NCBI GenBank assembly: GCA_049513715.1
Contig: JBEKVV010000004.1
Span: forward strand, 103,633 to 167,632
Source: Candidatus Bathyarchaeia archaeon
GTDB lineage: Archaea; Thermoproteota; Bathyarchaeia; 40CM-2-53-6
DNA length: 64,000 nt
Reading direction: 5' to 3'
The position numbers and the translations under genes are program-made. This document shows positions 1-9,878 of the stretch, piece by piece. The stretch's first letter is position 1; every line of letters starts with the position of its first letter. The notes beneath the pieces are model-generated. The model was given only the letters and a program-made list of their open reading frames with translations. It had not been told where the DNA came from and did not search any database.

Positions 1-216
1 CGCAGGCCTTTCGTACCGAAAGAATAACGGGTTTGCTTTCGCGAATTCCTCCACGAAGGGGGCCACAATCGTGACTACACCAAATGTCGTAAACCATAGA
101 TGGGAGGTCATTTCGAAGAGGAACGCCACAGGTGCACCTACCACGATTCCTGAAAGAAAGAAGAACAGCTTTTCTCCTGTTGACGACTCGCTCGGCATTG
201 ACGTCTCCTTGCCCAT
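1..216 (-). CDS. PrsW/CPBP-like intramembrane protease, N-terminal part (gene runs off the left edge)
   Basis: Not in the ORF track. Reverse-strand ATG at 216-214 opens MGKETSMPSESSTGEKLFFFLSGIVVGAPVAFLFEMTSHLWFTTFGVVTIVAPFVEEFAKANPLFFRY. Two TM helices are followed by an EExxK motif. Confidence 0.4.
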   Translation of the reverse strand, partial: MGKETSMPSESSTGEKLFFFLSGIVVGAPVAFLFEMTSHLWFTTFGVVTIVAPFVEEFAKANPLFFRYERPA

Positions 217-269
217 TTTGTCGCTGTGCCCTGGGAGTAACAGCGGGTTGGGGTTAAGAGTTTAGGCAG

Positions 270-1064
270 CTATGTGGAGAACGTTAGTTCCACGGGCTGC
301 GCCCACGGTGCCGCAAGCTTCTCGAATAGAGCGGTGATCGCAAAGAGGATCACTCCAACCAGTGTGATTAGGAGAATTCCGGCGAACAGGGGCGCTGTGT
401 CAAAGTTCGAGGAGTAGACCAGCATCAAATACCCGACTCCATGGCTGGAGCCACCAATCCATTCCCCAACTATGGCGCCGATGATTGCAAACGTCATAGC
501 AACCTTGAGGGAGGCAAAGAGGTAGGGGATGCAGTTAGGGAGTTGAACTTTCAAGAAGACTTGGCGTCGGCTTGCGTATAGGGAGGACATTAGGTCAGCG
601 ATGGATTGGTCGATTGTGACGAGGCCTTTAATTGAGTTGACCAAAACCGGGAAGAAGCAGATTAGCGCGGTAATCATTGTGATGGGGACCTCTCCGTACC
701 CGAACCAGACCAAGAAGACCGGCGCGAGTGCTATTTTCGGTATGACTTGCACGGCGACGATTACGGGGTAGAGGATTTTTGGTAGTAAAGGAGAGCTGGC
801 AATGATAACGGCCAGGCCGAAAGCCACCACCGTCCCCAACGCGAAGCCAACCATGATTTCCTCCAACGTGTAAATCAGTTCGGCTGAGAGAGCCGGCCAC
901 TTGGTTACGAAGGAGGCCAACGTGGCCGTGGGGGATGGAAGCAGGTATTGTGGAATCTTGAAGAAGGTGGTGAAGAGTTCCCACAGTATTACTACGAGGA
1001 TTATGAACCCCACGCTGAGCGAGTATGTTCTGATTTCGCGCCCTAATTGCGACATGGTCGTCAT
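270..1064 (-). CDS. ABC transporter permease (NitT/TauT nitrate/sulfonate/bicarbonate family)
   Basis: 264 aa polytopic membrane protein with a binding-protein-dependent inner-membrane-component pattern. It is the last gene of an SBP-ATPase-permease operon. Confidence 0.8.
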   Translation of the reverse strand: MTTMSQLGREIRTYSLSVGFIILVVILWELFTTFFKIPQYLLPSPTATLASFVTKWPALSAELIYTLEEIMVGFALGTVVAFGLAVIIASSPLLPKILYPVIVAVQVIPKIALAPVFLVWFGYGEVPITMITALICFFPVLVNSIKGLVTIDQSIADLMSSLYASRRQVFLKVQLPNCIPYLFASLKVAMTFAIIGAIVGEWIGGSSHGVGYLMLVYSSNFDTAPLFAGILLITLVGVILFAITALFEKLAAPWAQPVELTFST

Positions 1065-1065
1065 A

Positions 1066-1830
1066 TTACGCCAACCCGAAATGTTCCCTTATGGTTTGAA
1101 CGTGGCGTGTGAACGCGGGGTCGTTTTGACTTTCAGCAGACCTCGGGCGCGGTAGATCAATTTTCAACGTCTCCACAATTTTCCCAGGTCGTTCGGACAT
1201 TATTGCGATTTTGTCGGATAGGAGTACTGCTTCTGGTATGTCGTGGGTTACGAAGACGACCGTTCGCCTAAACTGGATCCAGATTCTTAGTAATTCGTAA
1301 GCCATCTTTGTGCGCGTCATAGCGTCCAACGCGCCGAATGGCTCGTCCATTAGCAGAAGCTTCGCGGAGAAGGCCAGGGCTCTGGCAATGGAGACCCGCT
1401 GCTGCATTCCGCCCGACAGGGCAGAGGGGTAGCTGTCCAGGAATTTTGAGAGCCCCATAAAATCGAGAAGATCAAATGCTTTCTTTCGGTTGGTCGGAGT
1501 GTTCTCACCAATAACCTCCAAGGGCAGGAGCACGTTTTGCATAACGTTCCTCCACGGCAGAAGTGCGGGGGTTTGGAAGACGAACCCGAATTCGCGGTTT
1601 TTTCGAGCATCTTGAACTGGCCTTCCATCTATTGCGATTCTTCCCGAGGTCGGCTTGAGTAATCCACCAATTAGCTTTAGGACCGTGGTCTTTCCGCAGC
1701 CACTTGGCCCGACGATGGAGAAGAACTCGCCGGGTTCAATGCTGAGGCCAACGTTTTCCAAGGCCTCAACCTGTTTCTTCTCCTTACCGTAGGTCATCGT
1801 GACCTCGGAAAGATCGATTGCGTGTGACAA
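1066..1830 (-). CDS. ABC transporter ATP-binding protein (NitT/TauT family)
   Basis: Walker A GPSGCGKTT, ABC signature LSGGMQQRVSIARAL, Walker B LLLMDEP. Its stop lies 1 nt from the permease start. Confidence 0.9.
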   Translation of the reverse strand: MSHAIDLSEVTMTYGKEKKQVEALENVGLSIEPGEFFSIVGPSGCGKTTVLKLIGGLLKPTSGRIAIDGRPVQDARKNREFGFVFQTPALLPWRNVMQNVLLPLEVIGENTPTNRKKAFDLLDFMGLSKFLDSYPSALSGGMQQRVSIARALAFSAKLLLMDEPFGALDAMTRTKMAYELLRIWIQFRRTVVFVTHDIPEAVLLSDKIAIMSERPGKIVETLKIDLPRPRSAESQNDPAFTRHVQTIREHFGLA

Positions 1831-1933
1831 CGAACGTTCGCTCGAATGAGAAGCATGGAATGAGATGATTTTGTCGTAAATAAAGAAAGGGGTGGTAGGG
1901 TTTGTACGCGCGCTTCAGTGGTTCGTTTACTTT

Positions 1934-3115
1934 CTAGGAGGTTTTTCCTGTAGCGGAAACGGTCAGGTTGAAGCCGATTCCGGGGACGTTGGCGCCGGTA
2001 ATGGTTCCTGGGTTCGTTGGGAAGGCCCTGTTGGATGGGAGGAAGTCGTTTGTGAAGACCTTCGTGTAGTCGACTGGGGTGCTGCCTAGGACTCCGGTGA
2101 GGTATTGTCCCATTGCTTGCCATTTCGCGGATGTCTGCCACCACAAACCATTCGCGTCGGTGTCAGAGCTTGTCCACAACTTGTACGCGAAGGCTGAGGC
2201 TAGTTGGTCTCTCAGTAGTGTTACGTTTGTTGATGAGACGTGGTTGTTGAGGCTGGTTATTGCATCCATTGGGTGTTGAATGGTGTACAGTTCGCCCTGT
2301 AATGCGCCAGCGAGAAAAGCTTTGACGGTGTCGGGATGGTCTTTGAGCATAGCGCTGTTTGTAAGGATTCCAAAGCCGTACTCGCTGACTCCGTACTGTG
2401 TGAACGGAAGCAGGGATACAGCGTAGCCCTTGTCGACTACGTTTACTGCTTCGTAGTCTACGAATTCGGTTATGAAGTCCACTGAGCCAGACATCACGAA
2501 TGCCTCCTCAGGGTACCCGATGGATGTGTTGCCTTTGATTGATGAGCCTTGGATGTTGTTGGCGGTTAGGAATGCTTGGAAGGCTGTTGGGCCTGCGCCT
2601 CCGGGGTGGTAGCCCCAAGTTAGGCCTGAGAGGTCCGATGGAGTGGTTAGTTTGTGCATCGACTGCAGCGCGATTGCTGAAAGACCTGTGTTCTGGTCAA
2701 CTGCTGCTACGGAAACAACGTCAACTCCTTTCGATATAGCTACCAAAGCTGTTGGTAGATCTGCCTCAGCGAAGTCGAAGGTGCCCGCTGCAACTGCGCG
2801 AATCGCTACGCCCGAGCCTGTTCCTTCAGAGATTGAGACATCGAGGCCTTGGGCCTTGAAGAACCCTTGGTCGATGGCCACGTAGAAGGGCGCGTTGTAC
2901 CCTGCGGCTAGCCATGGTAGGGTAAATGTGACACTAGATTTGCTGAGCGGTGCCATACTGCTTTCGCTCGTCATGCTGGTAGTGCTGGTTGCAGGAGAGG
3001 GAGTCATCGAATAGTAGAAGCCCGCCGCTGCTCCCGCAATGACGACGATGGCGACAACCAAGACGATTGCTGCTGTTCGAGAAATTGCTTTTATATTTGA
3101 AGATAGATGTGACAT
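1934..3115 (-). CDS. ABC substrate-binding protein (NMT1/THI5/SsuA-like) with N-terminal membrane anchor and Ser/Thr-rich linker
   Basis: N-terminal TM (AAIVLVVAIVVIAGAAAGFYY) followed by a TSTTSMTSESS linker. The domain layout and operon context with the ABC ATPase and permease fit an SBP. Confidence 0.7.
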   Translation of the reverse strand: MSHLSSNIKAISRTAAIVLVVAIVVIAGAAAGFYYSMTPSPATSTTSMTSESSMAPLSKSSVTFTLPWLAAGYNAPFYVAIDQGFFKAQGLDVSISEGTGSGVAIRAVAAGTFDFAEADLPTALVAISKGVDVVSVAAVDQNTGLSAIALQSMHKLTTPSDLSGLTWGYHPGGAGPTAFQAFLTANNIQGSSIKGNTSIGYPEEAFVMSGSVDFITEFVDYEAVNVVDKGYAVSLLPFTQYGVSEYGFGILTNSAMLKDHPDTVKAFLAGALQGELYTIQHPMDAITSLNNHVSSTNVTLLRDQLASAFAYKLWTSSDTDANGLWWQTSAKWQAMGQYLTGVLGSTPVDYTKVFTNDFLPSNRAFPTNPGTITGANVPGIGFNLTVSATGKTS

Positions 3116-3389
3116 GGATCAGATTTCAGGCTGCAAGTTCCTAAAATACTTGCTTACAATCCGCGCGCCGCGCGATGATGTTGATTTTTTCCTGATATCG
3201 CTTCAATAAATCATGATTACCAAACAGTAGATCCTATCTCGCGCAATCTCAATCACTCCGTTCTTCGTCTGTTGGGTTGGTGCGCGTTGTGGGAAAAACT
3301 CATACATACAGCTGCACCTCAACACGGCGCCTATTGATTTGATTAAACGCGGCCCAGAACATGATTGCCATCGGCAAAAAGTGAAGTGT

Positions 3390-4271
3390 ATGCCTTTTCA
3401 TCCAACGGATTACTTCGAACCCACCACTCCTGAAGAGGTGTGCGGACTTCTTTCGCAGTATGGCAAGCATGCAAAGGTGATCGCGGGCGGGACTGCGATT
3501 TACGAATTGGCAAAGCGAGACTTGGCATCTGAGGTTAAGCAATTAGTCAGCCTTCGCAAGGTTCCGCTGAAATATGTTCGCAGAGATGAGCAAGGGCTGC
3601 ATGTTGGAGCCACAACTCCCCTCGCTGAACTCGCAGGCTCATCTGAAGTTAATAGTGATCCTTTGCTGCAAGTCTTGGCGGAAGCGCTCCGAGAGATTAG
3701 GCCTATGCAGGTTCGGGCTGTCGCAACCGTGGGAGGAGAAATTTGCACATCCCTTCCACTATTGGATTTACCCCCAGCGCTACTTGCACTCGACACAGTC
3801 GCGATTATTCAAGGGGAGAGTCGCCAAAGAGCTATCGCCCTCAATGAGTTCCTAGTGGATTTCTTCCTGAACGCCCTGAATAGAAGCGAATTTCTCGTTG
3901 AGGCGTTGATTCCAAAGCAGCCGGAACATTCGGGCTCAGCGTTTTTGAAGTTTGGCCGCACGGCTTACGACTTCAACTTAATCAATGTTGCAACTAGGCT
4001 GACGCTCGCCAAAGACGGAACCTGCTCGGATACGAGAATCATTCTTGGCGGAGTTGGGCGCGTGCCATTGCGCGCGGCTGCGTCTGAAAACGAGATCAAG
4101 GGTCGACGGATTGATGACCAGACAGTGGCCAGGGCTGCGGAAGCATTGGGTGAATTCAAAGCGATACCCCAAATTCATGGCGACGCTGGATACAAACGAG
4201 ACATCGCACGTGTGCTGGTTCGGGATTGTGTTAAGCGGGCTGCGGAACGGACGTTGGTGGTGGCACATTGA
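3390..4271 (+). CDS. Molybdenum hydroxylase FAD-binding (medium, CoxM/XdhB-like) subunit
   Basis: VIAGGTAIYELAKRD FAD-binding pattern and a CO-dehydrogenase flavoprotein-like C-terminus. The start was moved to an internal Met (MPFHPTDYFEP). Its stop overlaps the small-subunit start at 4268. Confidence 0.8.
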   Translation: MPFHPTDYFEPTTPEEVCGLLSQYGKHAKVIAGGTAIYELAKRDLASEVKQLVSLRKVPLKYVRRDEQGLHVGATTPLAELAGSSEVNSDPLLQVLAEALREIRPMQVRAVATVGGEICTSLPLLDLPPALLALDTVAIIQGESRQRAIALNEFLVDFFLNALNRSEFLVEALIPKQPEHSGSAFLKFGRTAYDFNLINVATRLTLAKDGTCSDTRIILGGVGRVPLRAAASENEIKGRRIDDQTVARAAEALGEFKAIPQIHGDAGYKRDIARVLVRDCVKRAAERTLVVAH

Positions 4272-4735
4272 AGAACAAAGTCGCACTGCGAGTGAATGGC
4301 AAGAAGTACGAATTGGAGCTGGGCCCGTATGCGCTACTGTCGGAAGTTCTTCGCGAGGATTTGGGTTTGAAGGGGACGAAGCGGGGTTGCGATTTCGGTG
4401 GTTGTGGTGCCTGCACGGTTCTCATGGATAGGCAAGCGATCTACTCTTGCATGATGCCTGCGCGGCACGCGGAGGGACATGAGATTACCACGATAGAGGG
4501 CTTAGCGGAGGGTGGGAAATTGTCGCCAGTTCAAAGATCGTTCGTGAAGAACATGGGATTTCAATGCGGCTACTGCACGCCGGGAATAATAATATCCGCA
4601 ACGGCTTTGCTCAAACGTAACCCGCACCCAACCGAGGACGACATGCGTGAAGCGTTGGCGGGGAACCTGTGCAGGTGCACAGGCTACACGAGCATCTTCA
4701 AATCCATCAAAGAAGCAGCCGAAACGCAAACCTAG
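4268..4735 (+). CDS. Molybdenum hydroxylase (2Fe-2S) small subunit (CoxS/XdhC-type ferredoxin)
   Basis: Two cluster motifs: CDFGGCGACTV and CGYCTPG...CRCTGY. Confidence 0.9.
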   Translation: MKNKVALRVNGKKYELELGPYALLSEVLREDLGLKGTKRGCDFGGCGACTVLMDRQAIYSCMMPARHAEGHEITTIEGLAEGGKLSPVQRSFVKNMGFQCGYCTPGIIISATALLKRNPHPTEDDMREALAGNLCRCTGYTSIFKSIKEAAETQT

Positions 4736-4744
4736 CAGGATATA

Positions 4745-7120
4745 TCAGTCAACAAAGACTGTTTCGTTATTCTTCTTCTCTTTGAGGGCTTTCAGAATTC
4801 TCTCCCCCGTGACTGGGAGCGACCGGAATCTGAGGCCTATGGCGTTGTGGATTGCGTTGGTTATGGCTGGTGCGGTTGCGGTTATAGGGGCCTCGCCGCA
4901 GCCTTTCGCCCCGAACGGGCCTTCCTCGAAGGGGTTTTCGAGGATTTTGGATTGAATGGGAACGTAGTCCATTGAAGTCCAGATCTTGTAGTCTTTGAGG
5001 TCCCCATTAATGACCTGGCCGTCTTGAATTACGAGTTCTTCGGAGATGGTTGTGCTGGCGCCCATGATGATGCCGCCCTCATTCTGCCCTAGCACATTCA
5101 GCGGGTTAATTACACGGCCAACATCCAACACGCCAATAATGTTCAGCAACTTGACCTGTCCAGTTTCAATGTTCGTGGCTAGGTCGACGACCTGAACCAC
5201 GGGTGTGTAGTAGGCTACGGCCCGATCTGTGGAGCATTGTCCAGTCTCTGGATCAAGTTCTCCGGTTTCGGGGTGCCAGACAGCTTTCGACGCGAACTCA
5301 CCGATTCCCTCAACAAAGCCATCGCCCATGGGACCCGGCCTGAACAAGTCACGAACACGAACCTGCACGCCAGGATTCTTCCTACCACGAACCACTCCGT
5401 CTGCGAGTTCCAAGTCGTCTGGGTTCAGGTTTAGTTTGCGTGAGGCGATTGTGAGAATTTGGGCTTTGACGCCGCGGCAGGCCATGCTCACCGCTTTGCC
5501 GAGTTGAGAGGTTTGCCTGCTGCCACTGGCTCCGGGGCCGACGGGGGCGAAGGATGAGTCTGCTTCCCGAATGGTTATGCTTTCAAGTGGTAGTTTGGAT
5601 TCCTCTGCCGCGATTTGCGCTAGTCCAGTTCGGGTTCCTTCCCCGGGGTCTGCGACAGCGGTTGAAATCTCAACGGTGTCGTCTTCCCTGTACTTTGCGT
5701 ATGCCATGCTTGGGAAGCTTACGTCACACATCTCTTGGGCGACGGCTATTCCTCGGCCGAATCGCCAGTGGCTGTCGAGTTTGGGTTTCGGAATCTTCTC
5801 CGCTTCTTTAAGCGCTGTCGTTATGCATTCTTGTAGGGTGAATTTTCTCATTCGTTCGCCCATTGCGTTCTTGGAGTCGGTTCTTAGCATGTTCTTCAAG
5901 CGAAGTTGGATCGGGTCGATGTTGAGTTTCTGAGCGATGATGTCCATCTGGGATTCTATGGCGAAATATGCTTGGGGCGTCCCGAAGCCGCGGAAGGCGC
6001 CGCCTTGAACCTGGTTCGTGTAAACGCGGAAGACGTCTAGTTTGAAGTTTGGAATATCATAGACGCAGACGGAGGCGTAGACGCAGTCCCTGACAGCCAC
6101 GTTGCCTGCTAGGGAGTAGGCGCCGCCGTTGTAGATGGCTTCCATTTCCCTGGCGATTATTCGGCCGTCGGCATTGACGCCGTCTTTGATTCTGATTATG
6201 GACGGATGCCGGATGGAGGTGGTCTCGAAGACTTCCTCGCGGGTGAAGGTGATTTTCACGGGCTTGCTTGTTTTGAGGGTTAGGGCCGCGCATATTAGTT
6301 CGGCGTGGGTTTGGCCCTTGTTTCCGAAGCCGCCGCCGACGTATGGTGGGATGATGACGCGGATTTTGGATTGCGGAATTCCGAGTCCGTCGCTGAGTTC
6401 TTTTCTGGCCCTGTAGACGTTCTGTCCTGACACCCAGACCACCAATGTCCCGTCGGGCTCTGTCGAGGCGATTGCGGCAACTGGCTCAATGTGCATGTGC
6501 TGCACAGGGTGAGTGCGAAACGTATTCTCAACGACTAAGTGGGCTTCCTTGAAGCCCTGCTCGACGTCGCCATGCCTGACTTTGAACCTGTTTGTCACGT
6601 TAGGGCGGGATGGGTCTGTGGCCGCCCGATAAATCTGCGAGGAGTACCGTTTGTAGTTAGGAAGGTCTGGGTGAACTGTGACCGGTGGGTTTTCTTTGAC
6701 GGATACAAGGGAGTCGAAGATTGGTTCAAGCTCCTTGTATTTGACCTCGATTAACTCGGCCGCTTCCTTGGCCAGGTCCTTTGTTTCGGCAGCGACGGCC
6801 GCGACCGGCTCGCCAATGTACCTGACCCTGCCCCTGGACAGGATTGGGGTGTCGTAGAGCCCGCGTCCTCGTAACCCTGCTGGCACATCATCACCGGTTA
6901 TTACTGCATGAACGCCGGCGAGTGCTTCGGCGCGGGATTTGTTGATGGAGATTATCTCCGCGTGGGGAAGGGGGCTGCGTTTGATTGCGCCATGCAACAT
7001 GCGCGGCAGCTCCATATCATAAACGTACACAGCACGCCCCGTAACGACCTCCTCAGCTCCTATGCGGGGGAGTGCTTTCCCGATGACCTTCGAATCGCGA
7101 GCTAGTTCCGATTGTTGCAA
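4745..7120 (-). CDS. Xanthine dehydrogenase/aldehyde oxidase family molybdopterin-binding large subunit
   Basis: 791 aa with GGGFGNKG and GGAFRGFGTPQ motifs. It is convergent with the M and S subunit genes. Confidence 0.85.
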   Translation of the reverse strand: MQQSELARDSKVIGKALPRIGAEEVVTGRAVYVYDMELPRMLHGAIKRSPLPHAEIISINKSRAEALAGVHAVITGDDVPAGLRGRGLYDTPILSRGRVRYIGEPVAAVAAETKDLAKEAAELIEVKYKELEPIFDSLVSVKENPPVTVHPDLPNYKRYSSQIYRAATDPSRPNVTNRFKVRHGDVEQGFKEAHLVVENTFRTHPVQHMHIEPVAAIASTEPDGTLVVWVSGQNVYRARKELSDGLGIPQSKIRVIIPPYVGGGFGNKGQTHAELICAALTLKTSKPVKITFTREEVFETTSIRHPSIIRIKDGVNADGRIIAREMEAIYNGGAYSLAGNVAVRDCVYASVCVYDIPNFKLDVFRVYTNQVQGGAFRGFGTPQAYFAIESQMDIIAQKLNIDPIQLRLKNMLRTDSKNAMGERMRKFTLQECITTALKEAEKIPKPKLDSHWRFGRGIAVAQEMCDVSFPSMAYAKYREDDTVEISTAVADPGEGTRTGLAQIAAEESKLPLESITIREADSSFAPVGPGASGSRQTSQLGKAVSMACRGVKAQILTIASRKLNLNPDDLELADGVVRGRKNPGVQVRVRDLFRPGPMGDGFVEGIGEFASKAVWHPETGELDPETGQCSTDRAVAYYTPVVQVVDLATNIETGQVKLLNIIGVLDVGRVINPLNVLGQNEGGIIMGASTTISEELVIQDGQVINGDLKDYKIWTSMDYVPIQSKILENPFEEGPFGAKGCGEAPITATAPAITNAIHNAIGLRFRSLPVTGERILKALKEKKNNETVFVD

Positions 7121-7230
7121 GGGGTTGTTCAGTAGGTTGGCTGGATGTTTTCTCTTTAACCTTTATGTGCGAAAGTTGCGAAGGAAGAGCGGTGCCTGTT
7201 TTGGCGGGAAAGTGCGGCCGCGCCATCCAA

Positions 7231-7596
7231 ATGCTATCCCGATACATCGGGTCGACACCGGAGGTCAAGGGTATGTTGGAGGGTTGGCAGTCGATTATCC
7301 AGTTCGATTTCGTTGGCGAAGACTCATTCTACTTGACGATTTCTGGCAACGCCGCCAATTTCCATGAGGGCAGAGCGGAGAGCCCTGATGTTGTTCTTTC
7401 GGGGCGGTCGGACGTTTTCTTTGACGTTATGACAGGGAAGCTGGATCCAGATGAGGCATACATGATGAAGAAGTACGCTGTGAAGGGCTCGGTTGTGGAC
7501 GCGATGAAGTTTCGAAGAATCAGCGAGTTAACTGAACAGGCACACAAATCCACGTTCTCTCTGATGAAGGCCGTGGGAAAGATCGCATTCAAGTAG
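7231..7596 (+). CDS. SCP2 sterol-carrier-like domain protein
   Basis: The pattern IQFDFVGEDSFYLTISGN...GKLDPDEAYMMKKYAVKGSVVDAMKF is typical of SCP2. The start is trimmed to an internal Met. Confidence 0.6.
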   Translation: MLSRYIGSTPEVKGMLEGWQSIIQFDFVGEDSFYLTISGNAANFHEGRAESPDVVLSGRSDVFFDVMTGKLDPDEAYMMKKYAVKGSVVDAMKFRRISELTEQAHKSTFSLMKAVGKIAFK

Positions 7597-7757
7597 AAAA
7601 TGCTGTAAGTGCACGTGATGAGAAGTTCTCTTTCAGTTACCCAACGTCATGTGGAACAAGAGGAGACTTACAGGTAGCTGCCTGCAGACCTAGAATCCAA
7701 GTGAACTTAAATCAAAAAGAGAAAAGGGAGAGAGTGACCGGTTCACAGGTTCTCTGC

Positions 7758-8180
7758 TCAAAGCAGATGAATTGCTGTGAACGGCCCTCCACCGATCGCT
7801 GCCAGGACTGCTAAGGCTAGGGAGAATACTAGCAGCAGGAGGTCTAGCTCATAGCCGCCCATGAACTTCTTGTGGATTTTTGCTGTTGAAAGCCAAATTA
7901 GAGCAGCCATCCACAATACGAAGAGCCCGGCGATTATTGATGTCAAGATCCCTAGGATCAGCGCTATTCCGCCGAAGAATTCGACGATCCCTGCGAACAG
8001 CCCGAAACCAGAAGGAATCCCCATCGTCTTGAGCCATTCCCCTGCCTGCTTTCCGCCGTTTTTGAGCTTCGGATATCCATGAAGCATGAACAGTGCGCCC
8101 AACGTCAACCGTAACAACAGAGATACGGCGTCTAGGGAGCTGCCGAAGATTAGATTGGATGTCATACTTTTCACCTGCAC
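7758..8180 (-). CDS. DoxX family membrane protein
   Basis: 140 aa with four TM helices and LLLRLTLGALFMLHGYPKL. Divergent from the HxlR regulator gene. Confidence 0.7.
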   Translation of the reverse strand: MQVKSMTSNLIFGSSLDAVSLLLRLTLGALFMLHGYPKLKNGGKQAGEWLKTMGIPSGFGLFAGIVEFFGGIALILGILTSIIAGLFVLWMAALIWLSTAKIHKKFMGGYELDLLLLVFSLALAVLAAIGGGPFTAIHLL

Positions 8181-8181
8181 A

Positions 8182-8196
8182 GTAACCTTTAGTTAC
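8182..8196. promoter_or_regulatory. Inverted repeat GTAAC-N5-GTTAC in the DoxX/HxlR divergent intergenic region (candidate operator)
   Basis: gtaac cttta gttac at 8182-8196, with a third ggtaac half-site at 8209-8214. It sits between two divergent starts. Confidence 0.3.
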
Positions 8197-8245
8197 TAAG
8201 CTACAAAAGGTAACTATTTAAACGAATACCCCAACTATCACCCCA

Positions 8246-8590
8246 GTGGCCCTCATGAAGCGGGAGCACATGTGCCCAGTGGTTCAGACAGCACGACTGA
8301 TTGGCAAGAAATGGGATTTGATTGTGATTCGCTACCTGTTGGATGGGCCGAAACGATTTGTGGAACTGAAAGCGGAGATTCCAGACGTCTCCTCCAAGAG
8401 CCTCTCAGCCACGCTGAAACAACTCAACTCCAAAGGAATGATTCAAAGGAATGTTGAATCAACTTTTCCCGTCTCCGTGGTCTACTCTCTAACCAAAATG
8501 GGACGAGAGATGGGCGACATTGTTGAAGCGATGCGACATTGGGGAGAGAAATGGGCACTACCCTACGCTGCCCATTCCAGCCGCAGGTAA
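8246..8590 (+). CDS. HxlR family winged-helix transcriptional regulator
   Basis: CPVVQTARLIGKKWDLIVIRYLLDGPKRFVELKAEIPDVSSKSLSATLKQL is the HxlR signature. Confidence 0.85.
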   Translation: MALMKREHMCPVVQTARLIGKKWDLIVIRYLLDGPKRFVELKAEIPDVSSKSLSATLKQLNSKGMIQRNVESTFPVSVVYSLTKMGREMGDIVEAMRHWGEKWALPYAAHSSRR

Positions 8591-8682
8591 GGGAACCGTT
8601 CAGGAAACAATCGAAGGCTACTTGCGGTCAAAGCAGCAAAGCCTTAGGAAGAAATCAGGCACACAGTGTCGACAGAGTCTCA

Positions 8683-9273
8683 TTAATCAGATTGTTCTTC
8701 GGAGAGCTGGCCGCCCGCCCACCGGTGAAAGAGCTCATGCTGAATACCTAGGGTGTCCAGGATCTTGCCTACGACATGGTCCACCATCTCGCGAACATCC
8801 TTGGGCCTGTGATAGAACCCGGGCATGGCGGGTAGTATGATGGCTCCCGCCTCCGCTGCAAGAACCATGTTCTTCAAGTGAACTAAGCTAAGGGGTGTCT
8901 CACGGGGAACTAGGACTAGTTTTCTGTGTTCTTTGAGGCAGACTTCTGCCGAACGTGTGATCAGGTTGTCGGAGATTCCGTGAGCAACACAAGCTAATGT
9001 TTTCGTGCTGCAAGGAACAATCACCATACCCTTCATCAGGAAAGATCCGCTGGCCGGACCTGCCCCCATATCCCTCTCGTTATACGTGACCGTGCAAAGG
9101 CTTGCAAAATCCTTTGGCCCAAAGCTCTTTTCGATTTTGAGATTCGTGATCCCCGCTGAACTTATTATCCCATGAGTTTCGACACCAAGGTCCCTTAAGA
9201 CTTCTAGAAGTCGAATGCCGTAAGTTGCCCCACTAGCGCCGGTGATGGCGATTAAGTATCTATCCGGCATCAA
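8683..9273 (-). CDS. ubiX: Flavin prenyltransferase UbiX
   Basis: ITGASGATYGIRLLEVL N-terminus, about 195 aa, flavoprotein fold pattern. Confidence 0.85.
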   Translation of the reverse strand: MMPDRYLIAITGASGATYGIRLLEVLRDLGVETHGIISSAGITNLKIEKSFGPKDFASLCTVTYNERDMGAGPASGSFLMKGMVIVPCSTKTLACVAHGISDNLITRSAEVCLKEHRKLVLVPRETPLSLVHLKNMVLAAEAGAIILPAMPGFYHRPKDVREMVDHVVGKILDTLGIQHELFHRWAGGQLSEEQSD

Positions 9274-9651
9274 CTTGACGGCTCATCCTCAACGAGTTTC
9301 AGGTATGGTACAATAAGGGCTGATTAAGTCAACGGTTTGACTCTCAGAATCAACAGGATGTAATTGAGCAATGAACCACGGGGCTGCAGACTGCCCGAGT
9401 TCTGCCTCTCAGAAATGCTGTCTATGACTGCCGCTCTCTCTACCTGTCTTCACAGCGTTTAGGAACTCAATGCATGCGGACTGATTGTTGCCTGATTTTC
9501 CTCTAATCACCGCATCATTCCTAGATTGGGATTTGGTCATCCGTGCCCGTCGCGGCAACAAGCCGATCCTCGTGGCAAGTAATCCACTGGCAAGAACTTC
9601 ATTTCCCTTGGAACCGCAACTCCCATATCGTTGGAATGACAAGTATAGTAC

Positions 9652-9878
9652 GCTGCCTAACCGAGACAGGGGTAGATTCGTCGGTCGGCTTCGTCCCAGG
9701 GTTTGCCTTGGGTCGCATTGTGGATCGATGAGCGCTCGGGTGTAACGTCACGACGCTAGCGGGAAACCGTAGAAACTCCGTGAGGCCCGAGTGAGGGAAA
9801 ACCAAGGCGGAGGATGGAGGGAAAGGTCGAATGTCCCTCGCGAAGGGAAAGCCACATCTGCCTCGAGAGTTAGGCAGC
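9652..9878 (+). ncRNA. Unassigned structured RNA candidate (about 227 nt)
   Basis: A perfect 10-bp terminal helix pairs GCUGCCUAAC (9652-9661) with GUUAGGCAGC (9869-9878). It is extended by CGAG/CUCG and CAG/CUG. Internal hairpins are CCCAGGG-UUUG-CCUUGGG, a nested CUCGGG/CACG/GCGG-GAAA-CCGU/CGUG/CCCGAG stem, and GAGGGA-loop-UCCCUC. There are several GAAA-type loops and no credible ORF. The strand was chosen from the G-rich/GNRA pattern. Confidence 0.4.

Noticed and set aside
9652-9878. Assignment of the structured RNA candidate as RNase P RNA or SRP (7S) RNA
   Set aside because: A GGGAAAGGUC element resembles RNase P CR-I but lies near the 3' end, after S-domain-like motifs, which is the wrong order. 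No CR-V/P4 partner was found. The GNRA-capped stem has AGAAAC where SRP helix 8 has the conserved AGCA, and the length (227 nt) is short for archaeal SRP RNA. Left unassigned.
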